This document shows, one piece after another, positions 11,129-18,899 of a stretch of DNA of 64,000 bases. The notes beneath the pieces are model-generated. The model was given only the letters and a program-made list of their open reading frames with translations, had not been told where the DNA came from and did not search any database. The stretch comes from Methanomicrobia archaeon. Its GTDB lineage: Archaea; Halobacteriota; Bog-38; Methanoflorentales; Methanoflorentaceae. The position numbers were made by a program, and so were the translations under genes. The stretch lies in assembly GCA_015661395.1 (NCBI GenBank), contig JACWML010000003.1:3567-67566 (forward strand), written 5' to 3'. The number at the start of each line of letters is the position of its first letter. The first letter of the stretch is position 1.

Positions 11129-11671
11129 TCAGCTCGTCTCATGAATTTCACACTTCATCGCTTTGGTGCTTGACGTCGCGAGCGTGCCCGCCGTTCTGTT
11201 GTGCCCGCTGAAAACGTCGCTTGCACAAAAAAGACCTATTTTGACGCCGTCCCCTAGTGACGACAGCTTCGGTCGATCCGCTCGAGGACGGTAAGTGATC
11301 GGGATTTCCGCGATGCGCAAACCGTTCCTCACGCATTCTGCGAACACCTGCTTCAATTTCAACGACAACGCGCCGCCTTCGTCTTTGTTTATCTCTTTTT
11401 GTCGCACCACCTTAAAAAGAGGCAAAAGTTGGGCAGAGAATAGCAGATTTCCAGTAAACGGGTTCGTATCGCCGCCTGTGTAGGGTGTGTCTGGGATGAG
11501 CTTTTTGAACTCGACACACACATCGAGTACGAGTTCATGGGCGAATTCCTGACTATATTTAGAAATCACCACCCCTTTTCCAGCCGCCGATACCTGAGCT
11601 AACTCCTCTAAAAGGCGAGGTCTCAGCAATTTATAGTAGTTTCTGCTTTCGCGATCTTCCATATTGCTCAC
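11129..11671 (-). pseudogene. Chimeric relic: N-terminal fragment of an ATC-hydrolase-like protein joined to the C-terminal fragment of a DPM1-like GT2
   Basis: The EFKKLIPDTPYTGGDTNPFTGNL segment is followed by (FEIEA)VFAECVRNGLRIAEIPITYRPRADRPKLSSLGDGVKIGLF. Indels near 11350 and in a T6 run near 11230. Confidence 0.6.
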
Positions 11672-11752
11672 TTCGGGAGTACGTGAAAGACTTCGGAGTC
11701 AAGCGACCATAGCATTGACGATCGAGCATTTGTTCGTATTTGGGCTAAAAAA

Positions 11753-11971
11753 ATGCTTCGGCTCGCGTATCTGAACATTGACTCAAACTCATGCCGTGTA
11801 CCGCTATCACAGTCTGTCAACTGGATTGTCGCAGCACTCGTAACGTTCACCGTCATCACAGCGTATAGCTATTGCATCAATGCCGAAGAGCATATGCTCG
11901 TCGCAGCTTTCAGAGAACATTACGCGGCGTACGTGAAGCATACGTGGAGACTTCTCCGATTTGTATGGTGA
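11753..11971 (+). pseudogene. Fragment of an isoprenylcysteine carboxyl methyltransferase (ICMT/PEMT) family protein
   Basis: C-terminal EEHMLVAAFREHYAAYVKHTWRLL motif; N-terminal portion absent. Confidence 0.6.
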
Positions 11972-12005
11972 AGACGTGCGATACTGTGCGAGTGCCTGCA
12001 TCGAA

Positions 12006-12232
12006 ATGGAACTCGATCTCAAGAAGGCTCAGAACAGGCTGACACACTTCAGGCGATATCCCTACACGCAGATCCACGCGCTAGGACACCTAAACTACGA
12101 CGACATAACAGACGTGGCCTAGACCGTGCAGCCGGAAGTGCCAATCCCAGTGCATACCCACACCTTGGTGTGTTTCGGCACTTCCACGACAACGTGATTC
12201 TTCCAGCGACTGGGATCGAAGTTGCTTTATAA
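12006..12232 (+). pseudogene. C-terminal fragment of an RNase J-like metallo-beta-lactamase/beta-CASP protein
   Basis: Manual translation: MELDLKKAQNRLTHFRRYPYTQIHALGHLNYDDITDVA*TVQPEVPIPVHT, frameshift, HLGVFRHFHDNVILPATGIEVAL. Matches the HASGH...IPVHT pattern; one stop and one frameshift. Confidence 0.6.
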
Positions 12233-12363
12233 TTCTTCGATCTATCTCATTGCTGCGATGTTTGGGCGTGAAAATGGCTATTTGTCAAAGGTCTCCAACA
12301 CGGACCTTGCAATCCTCATTTGACATAGCCCCCTCTTGAAAGACTGGCAGGTGGTGACTGCAA

Positions 12364-13134
12364 GTGGCAATGTGCAGGTATGGTGGATGTTCAGAGACGG
12401 CACGCGGCGACTCCGCATGGTGCATACTTCATCTCGATTTCCCCAAGGAAGATGATCCGGAGTTCACGCGTATACGGGATGAAAAGCAGCTCAAGACGAA
12501 AGAAAAGATACAAGGCGGTGATCTCAATTTTGAGGGCACTAACATCTATGGCGTCGACGCATCGGAGCTCAGCATCCCGGTACAGAATAATGCAATCTTT
12601 AAGAATGCAACCATAAAAGGGCGTGTTAAGTTTGAACGAACGAAGATAGAACAGGACGCCTCATTTGAAGGAGCGAAGATAGAGAAGAACGCCTCGTTTG
12701 CCGGGGCGGAGATAGGAGGGGAAGCTCGGTTTGAAGAGGCGGAGATTGGAGGAGACGCCACGTTCGCCGGGGTGGAGATCGGGGGGGAGGCTTGGTTTAA
12801 ACGAGCGAAGATAGGAGGATATGCCACGTTTGCCGGGGCGCAGATAGGAGGAAACGCTTGTTTTGGAACGGTGGAGATAGGAGGAGACGCTTGGTTTGGA
12901 GGGGCGGAGATAGGAGGAGACGCTCGGTTTGAAGAGGCGGAGATAGGAGGGGAAGCTTGGTTTAGAGGAGCGCAGATAGCAGGCGACGTTCGGTTTGAAG
13001 AGGCGGAAATTGCAGGGGACATTCGGTTTGAAGAGGCGGAAATTGCAGGGGACGTTCGCCTTCAAGGAGCGAAGATAGGGGGGGAAGCTTGTTTTGAAGG
13101 AGCGGAGATAGGAGGGACGCTGAATTTGGTCTGA
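12364..13134 (+). CDS. Pentapeptide-type repeat (beta-solenoid) protein with 11-aa repeats
   Basis: N-terminal C-x4-C...WCILH, then about 15 repeats of GG[ED]AxFxxAxI (33-bp period, ~12650-13120). Confidence 0.75.
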   Translation: MAMCRYGGCSETARGDSAWCILHLDFPKEDDPEFTRIRDEKQLKTKEKIQGGDLNFEGTNIYGVDASELSIPVQNNAIFKNATIKGRVKFERTKIEQDASFEGAKIEKNASFAGAEIGGEARFEEAEIGGDATFAGVEIGGEAWFKRAKIGGYATFAGAQIGGNACFGTVEIGGDAWFGGAEIGGDARFEEAEIGGEAWFRGAQIAGDVRFEEAEIAGDIRFEEAEIAGDVRLQGAKIGGEACFEGAEIGGTLNLV

Positions 13135-13186
13135 TGGCAGTACGAGCGACGCGTTGTGTAAGTCGTCAATTTGACGCTCTAACGCC

Positions 13187-13567
13187 TCATACTCGCGCCA
13201 AAGACGTTAAGTTCCCAAAGAAGAGGTTTCCCATGCCAAGGCCGAGCAGAGTCAATACAACTGCAAACGCGATGAGGATGATGACTAGGACTACAAGTGC
13301 GATAATTTCAGCGATTGCGAGAACGAATCCAAACCGTATGCCAAATCCGATGAGCCCTCCAAAGCCGAGATGCATCAACTCATCGAGTGCGTTACGCGGT
13401 GGCTCGGGTAGCTCGACGCTTGCACGATACGACGAGGTAGTTGACTCCTGAGGTGCAGGTATCGGCGTATTCTGCGGTAGTAGTTCGCCACATCATCTAC
13501 AAAACTCAGCATTTGCGTAGTTAATGGCCATACATTTCTCACACATCGTGCGGTCTGCTTCTTCCAC
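13187..13567 (-). pseudogene. Zinc-ribbon plus transmembrane protein with an in-frame TGA
   Basis: MCEKCMAINYANAEFCR*CGELLP...GFGGLIGFGIRFG plus a TM helix; TGA at 13493-13495. Confidence 0.6.
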
Positions 13568-13596
13568 GTTACCAGATCCTGCGCATTATTTTCGGC

Positions 13597-14346
13597 TTAA
13601 CGGTCTTCTTTTTTCGGGCCGAATAATCGAGACCAAAAACCGACTTTAGGAGCAGGTAAGCGTAACGTCAGCAATTCGACTTGCTTCTGCATCGTCTCCT
13701 TATCGGCTTTCAATTCAAGCGAGTGGCCCTTCTCAACTTGTAGTGCCACTTCGAGGCTTGTTTTGTCCTTTTCCAGGAGCTCAATGCGGTGCTGCAGGCC
13801 AGTGACAACAACGTTTTTCGATGCTTCTGATTCCCGCAGCTTTTCCATCAAAGAGCGGCTGCGCTCTTCAGATTCCTTCAGATTAGCATCGAGCTTCTGC
13901 GTAACACTTTCAAGTTCTTCAAGCGAGCTCTCGAGCTGTTGGATACTCGCAGAACGGTCTGCCTTAATCTGTCGCAGTTGCTTCTCACAGTCGGCGCGGA
14001 TTAGCTGTGTCTCAGCATCATGCTCAGCGAAAAGCTTCTCAATCCTTTTCTCGTGTTCGTCGCGCACGCGTTGCACTATACTTGCGGTTTCCGCACGCTG
14101 ATTTTGGGCTTGTTTTTCGTATTCCGCGCGTTGCAGCTGCCGCGTTTCTTCAGAACTAGCTCGCAGTGCTTCCATTTCACGTCCATAGTCGGCTAGTGTT
14201 TTTTTCTCTGCGTAGTGCTCTTCGACGATCTGGGCCAGGAACGCCGAGAGCGATTTACCCTCAGTTGCCGCTTGCTCTTTGAGAAGCGATGCCAAGTCGG
14301 ACGTTAATGCAATCGAATAACGAGTTTTTCCGCTTTCCTGCGCCAT
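13597..14346 (-). CDS. Ribbon-helix-helix DNA-binding, long coiled-coil protein with a C-terminal amphipathic helix
   Basis: TRYSIALTSDLASLLKEQAATEGKSLSAFLAQIVEEHY (CopG/Arc-type RHH), ~180 aa coiled coil, C-terminal KVGFWSRLFG. RBS GAGGGG upstream. Confidence 0.75.
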   Translation of the reverse strand: MAQESGKTRYSIALTSDLASLLKEQAATEGKSLSAFLAQIVEEHYAEKKTLADYGREMEALRASSEETRQLQRAEYEKQAQNQRAETASIVQRVRDEHEKRIEKLFAEHDAETQLIRADCEKQLRQIKADRSASIQQLESSLEELESVTQKLDANLKESEERSRSLMEKLRESEASKNVVVTGLQHRIELLEKDKTSLEVALQVEKGHSLELKADKETMQKQVELLTLRLPAPKVGFWSRLFGPKKEDR

Positions 14347-14376
14347 TTACCCCTCTTGGTTCGGTCTTTTTCAATC

Positions 14377-14552
14377 TGTTGCAACGTTGCTGCAAATATA
14401 CCCTCAATTGCAGCACAATGCGCCTGGTATGCTACATGCTTGTCGCACCATTAAAGGCTGCCGAAATGATACGAGATAGTGTGCTGCACACATGCTGCAG
14501 ATTCCAGTTGATTATGCTGCAGAATGACTAAAAGTGCTGCATCGGTGCTGTA
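14377..14552. repeat. Phased array of TGCTGCA-like heptamers overlapping the RHH gene promoter
   Basis: Heptamers start at 14377, 14388, 14409 (inverted), 14430, 14441, 14482, 14493, 14515, 14535 and 14546. Spacings are 11, 21, 21, 11, 41, 11, 22, 20, 11. Confidence 0.75.
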
Positions 14553-15022
14553 GTTCACCGCGTCTAGCAACGTTTTTCAGCGATGCTTCCACGCGATCCT
14601 TTTGACCATCGTTGCTGCCGAAAGAAGAGGAGCAGAAACGTGTAGAAGTTTCAAGAACGAACTCGCATGCTATGCCATACCATTGCACGATGGAGATAAT
14701 GATTAGCTTTTGCTAGAACGAATTCTCTGCGTGTTTCGAGTCTGACGTCTGTCCAATACCACACATAAGCAGCATGCATGTTGCCGGGAAGCTGATGCTT
14801 CTAGTGTTTGCAATCGGCGCGGCTGACGGCAACAAAGTCGTTGAACGCGCATTAGAGTATAGGCTGCCGCACGAGTTTTCGGCTCGCGAGTACCACATAC
14901 CTAAAAATATATCAAGGGATCTCGTTTTTGACTAAGCGAGACTCCGAACAGCAAAATCCCCGCACGCTGAATGCGGAGCGATGTTAGTCGCCGCTGAACT
15001 ATGGAAAGGCGACACATTTTTA

Positions 15023-15055
15023 AAAAGTGGCGCACTTTTGGCGCACTTTTGGCAC
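15023..15055. repeat. Short tandem 11-bp repeat TGGCGCACTTT x2 plus a partial copy, overlapping the inverted repeat AAAAGTG-GCG-CACTTTT
   Basis: Read directly from the sequence upstream of ilvD. Confidence 0.7.
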
Positions 15056-15107
15056 GATCTTAGCAGCGCACTCATTTTTATAGCTTCAGCGATCATTCTT
15101 TAGGCAT

Positions 15108-16778
15108 ATGGAACTAAGGAGCAAGGAGATAACGAGGGGGGTGACTCGCGCACCCCAAAGGGCCCTCTTGAAAGCCTTGGGCGTGGGAGACGAGGATCTC
15201 GAACGGCCGTTTGTCGGCATCGCCAACGCATGGAACGAGATCGTTCCCGGTCACCTTCATCTGCGCGATCTCGCCGAGTTTGTTAAAAAAGGGATACACT
15301 TGGCTGGTGGCATTGCGTTCGAGTTCGGCACCATTGGCATCTGCGACGGCATCGCCATGGGGCACTCCGGCATGCGCTATGCGCTCCCGTCCCGTGAAAA
15401 CATCGCCGACTCCGTTGAGCTCATGGCGCAGGCGCACCAGTTTGACGGCTTGGTCATGGTGGGGTCGTGCGACAAGATCGTTCCCGGGATGTTGATGGCG
15501 GCGCTGCGGATAAACGTGCCTACAATGGTAGTGACCGGGGGGCCGATGCGAGCGGGGTACTACGAAGGCACCGACCTCACGCTCGTCTCGACGTTTGAGG
15601 GGGTCGGCTGTGTCCAGGCGGGCACCATGACCGAAGCGCACCTTGAGGAGCTCGTTAGCCGGGCGTGTCCCGGGTGCGGCAGCTGCCAGGGCCTGTACAC
15701 TGCCAACACCATGGCCTGTATGACCGAGATGCTGGGCCTCTCGCTTCCCCATTGTGCGACGACGCCAGCTGTTGATGCCCGAAGGAGGCGCATTGCCGAG
15801 GCCACCGGGAAGCGAATCGTCGACCTCATCGTGAACGGGGTCACGCCGCGTGACATCGTGACCGAGGCATCGTTTCGGAACGCGATCGTCCTCGACATGC
15901 TCATAGGCGGCTCGACGAATACGGCGTTGCACCTCCCTGCAATCGCGCACGAGGCGGGCATATCGCTCCCGCTCACGCTTTTTGACGAACTGAGTGCACA
16001 GACGCCGCACATCACATCCCTGAATCCGAGCGGCCCGTATACCATGAGCGACCTTGACGCCGCTGGCGGCGTCCCCGGCGTCATGAAACGCGCTCGGACG
16101 CTACTACGCAACGAAACGACCTGCTCGGGCAAGAGCGTTTACGAGATCGCCGATGAGGCACACATCCGTGACGATGCAATCATACGCCCCCTCGACGATC
16201 CGGTGCACGCGACAGGCGGCATCACGGTGCTTTTCGGGAACCTTGCTCCGGACGGCGCTATCGTCAAAAGCGCCGGCGTGAGCGACGACATGCTCCGCTA
16301 TACGGGAAAAGCGCGCGTATTTAACTCCGAAGATGAGGCGATGCGGGCCATTCTGGCCGGATCGGTGAGCGAAGGGCAGGTTGTGGTCGTGCGCTATGAG
16401 GGGCCCAGAGGCGGACCAGGAATGCCCGAAATGCTTGCGCCAACAGCTGCGATATCTGGAATGGGGCTGAGGGTTCCCCTCATTACAGATGGTCGTTTCT
16501 CGGGCGGCACTAGGGGCGCTGCGATCGGACACATCTCACCAGAGGCGGCTGAGGGGGGGCCCTTGGCGCTTTTGCACGACGGGGACGAGATTACCATTGA
16601 CATACCGAACCACCTGCTGGCCGTGCAGCTGGCAGACGATGTTCTTGTGGCCAGAAAGGCAACGTGGACGCCGGTGCGAAAAGACGTCGGCGGCTACTTG
16701 AAACGATATGCCGCTGCGGTGAGTTCGGCAAGCAACGGAGCGATACTGCGCGCGCCGCAGGAAACACGGGAGCCGTGA
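15108..16778 (+). CDS. ilvD: Dihydroxy-acid dehydratase
   Basis: ICDGIAMGH, CDKIVPG, CQGLYTANTM, GGSTN, TDGRFSGG. Confidence 0.97.
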   Translation: MELRSKEITRGVTRAPQRALLKALGVGDEDLERPFVGIANAWNEIVPGHLHLRDLAEFVKKGIHLAGGIAFEFGTIGICDGIAMGHSGMRYALPSRENIADSVELMAQAHQFDGLVMVGSCDKIVPGMLMAALRINVPTMVVTGGPMRAGYYEGTDLTLVSTFEGVGCVQAGTMTEAHLEELVSRACPGCGSCQGLYTANTMACMTEMLGLSLPHCATTPAVDARRRRIAEATGKRIVDLIVNGVTPRDIVTEASFRNAIVLDMLIGGSTNTALHLPAIAHEAGISLPLTLFDELSAQTPHITSLNPSGPYTMSDLDAAGGVPGVMKRARTLLRNETTCSGKSVYEIADEAHIRDDAIIRPLDDPVHATGGITVLFGNLAPDGAIVKSAGVSDDMLRYTGKARVFNSEDEAMRAILAGSVSEGQVVVVRYEGPRGGPGMPEMLAPTAAISGMGLRVPLITDGRFSGGTRGAAIGHISPEAAEGGPLALLHDGDEITIDIPNHLLAVQLADDVLVARKATWTPVRKDVGGYLKRYAAAVSSASNGAILRAPQETREP

Positions 16779-16792
16779 TCCTAGCGCGCCGC

Positions 16793-18712
16793 CTAGCTGG
16801 CCTCGTACACGTACGCGTCGCCGAATCTCGTCACTGGCGTGTAACCGTTTGATCTGAGGTAACTGTCCAAGGCGGTTCGATTGCTGATCCCGAAGTTTTC
16901 CGACAGGATCGCGTACTTGTAAAAGTCTCTGTCGCTTTGAATGGCGGCCTGTAACGCAGCCGTGCTGTTCGACACCTCGTCTCGGTACGCCATCGGTGAG
17001 GAATCAAACGCAGACGGGTTTGTGACATAGAACAGCGCCTCGCGCTGCGAGGAGCTCGCGTTCGCAAACGGGTCGTTCGGGTTGGGGGGGGCGAAAAACG
17101 CCAGTGTCGTATTGTTGCTGGGGATCTGGCCCACGTACCGTATCGCGTTGAAGTCGTCTTGTCCGATCACCGACTGATACTTGTCGGTGCTTATCGCCCC
17201 CGCCGCATTGGTCAAAATGATAAGCGCAATCAGCACGACAGCGACAATTCTGCCCGGGGAGATAAGCGCAGATCTGCGTCCGAGAGATCGCTCGATTATG
17301 GAGACCCCGAGACCCGCAGCAGGTATGAGAACCGCTTGGGCATACGCCACGCCGCGCCCGAGGAAGATTTCAGCGGTCGTCGGAGCAAACGAAAAGTACA
17401 CGGTTGACAGGATCCAGCCGGCAAATATCCCTAGGATGAACGCGAGCAAGACGAGATGAGAGAGCTCCCACTCTTTGGTCTCGACCAGAGAGCCTGCGAG
17501 ACCTACGACGGCGAGCGCTGCTATCAGCGGCGTTACGTAGAGGAGGATGTACGTCGGATCGGGGTACATTAGTTGGAGCACAATCAGCGGGAGAACCGAC
17601 TGCATCGCGAACGGCGCCGCGCTGGTGGTGACGAGGGCCGGAGTGAAGCTCGTCGGCACGCCGTATACGAGGAAGCGCCAGGCAAAGAGCATCAGCCCGA
17701 GCACATACGTTGGAATAGAGGCAACCGTCGTGAGTGTGTTCTGCCGTTTCATGAGCTGGGCAATTACCACGAACGCGAATATGAAGGGCGTGTAGACCCC
17801 GTAGAGGATGTGAATGTCAATGGAGAGCCCCAGCACAAACGCGCCGGCTAGGAATGAGCTCGCCTCTCGTGAAGCACAGAGATAGAGGCCAAAAAACAAG
17901 AAATAGGTACCGACGACCTGCATCATCGAGATGTTCGTCCTCCAGAAGAGTTCAAACAGCGGCGACATTGAGCCCCATAAGAAGAGCGCGACGACTTTGC
18001 CGGACAGGCTCACGCCGAGTCGCTCCAAAACGGCGAGGAGCATTATGGAGGCCAGAACGCCCGCCGCAGGTCCGAACCAGATCGCCATGTCGACGACCGA
18101 CGCGTTACCGATCATCGCAAACGATCCCATTGTGAACTCGAAGCTTCGCTCGCGGATAATGTCACTAGCGCCGGCTGCCAGGAATGAAGGTATGCCCGTG
18201 AAGCCCGTGTGCACGAAGTAGGCCGCGCGGGTTGCCCAGTAAAGCGGATCAAAGTAGGGAATCGTGCCTACCGTCGCCGGATACCACAGCCGTGTAACAG
18301 CCGCGAAAAGGAGCATCGCGACGATTATGATATTCTCAGGCTTGAGCAGGGCGGATGCATTGATCGGTGCCTGCTCGCGGTTCAAGGCAAGGGCGAAAAT
18401 GAACATGAGGGTCGTCCAAAGAAAGAGCGGCCCAACGATGGTGAGTGGATTCCCCGGTATCAGCAGGGCCGTGTACACGATTTCGAGTATGGCGAGGAAG
18501 ACGACGCTAAAACCAATCGCCGTGCCGATCCTGCCTGCGACGCTTTGGTCTCCCAGAATGACGAGCGACGTGAAATACCCCGGAAAAAAAAGGAGAACAG
18601 CGCCAGCACAGAAGACCTGAACAAGACCCCCAATGCCTATCGCGAGCGGTATGCACAGCGCCAGAAAAATCAAATAGGCGACACTAATGCGCCTGAGACT
18701 CTGAAAATTCAT
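16793..18712 (-). CDS. Polytopic membrane protein, GT-C-like (AglB/PMT-like luminal FDP motif)
   Basis: About 14 TM helices, PYFDPLYW after the N-terminal TMs, and a soluble C-terminal domain with N-x-S/T sequons. Confidence 0.6.
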   Translation of the reverse strand: MNFQSLRRISVAYLIFLALCIPLAIGIGGLVQVFCAGAVLLFFPGYFTSLVILGDQSVAGRIGTAIGFSVVFLAILEIVYTALLIPGNPLTIVGPLFLWTTLMFIFALALNREQAPINASALLKPENIIIVAMLLFAAVTRLWYPATVGTIPYFDPLYWATRAAYFVHTGFTGIPSFLAAGASDIIRERSFEFTMGSFAMIGNASVVDMAIWFGPAAGVLASIMLLAVLERLGVSLSGKVVALFLWGSMSPLFELFWRTNISMMQVVGTYFLFFGLYLCASREASSFLAGAFVLGLSIDIHILYGVYTPFIFAFVVIAQLMKRQNTLTTVASIPTYVLGLMLFAWRFLVYGVPTSFTPALVTTSAAPFAMQSVLPLIVLQLMYPDPTYILLYVTPLIAALAVVGLAGSLVETKEWELSHLVLLAFILGIFAGWILSTVYFSFAPTTAEIFLGRGVAYAQAVLIPAAGLGVSIIERSLGRRSALISPGRIVAVVLIALIILTNAAGAISTDKYQSVIGQDDFNAIRYVGQIPSNNTTLAFFAPPNPNDPFANASSSQREALFYVTNPSAFDSSPMAYRDEVSNSTAALQAAIQSDRDFYKYAILSENFGISNRTALDSYLRSNGYTPVTRFGDAYVYEAS

Positions 18713-18899
18713 ATTTGGGCCTTCTATACTTTTTCGATTATATATGCTTTATCAAGTATGAGGTGTTACACGTTTACCGCTTGCTGGGGTTTGGTGCGGC
18801 CGATTTGAGCGCCTCGTGGCCTACGAATGCGTAACCGAGCGCGAAGGCGAAGGCGAAGGCGCCGCTTTTTACCCACGCTCTGCAGGGCCGGACGCACCG

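Noticed and set aside
12546-13065. Long antisense ORFs over the repeat protein
   Set aside because: They are shadows of the 33-bp repeat and have no independent features.
12650-13120. Possible CRISPR array
   Set aside because: The repeats are contiguous coding units with no unique spacers, and there are no cas genes in the window.
15114-16603. Long antisense ORFs over ilvD (similar ones over cdc48, rpa and the GT4 genes)
   Set aside because: GC-rich codon shadows of well-conserved genes.
18842-18860. (GAAGGC)x3 microsatellite upstream of the flippase
   Set aside because: Too short to support phase variation and lies upstream of the likely start.
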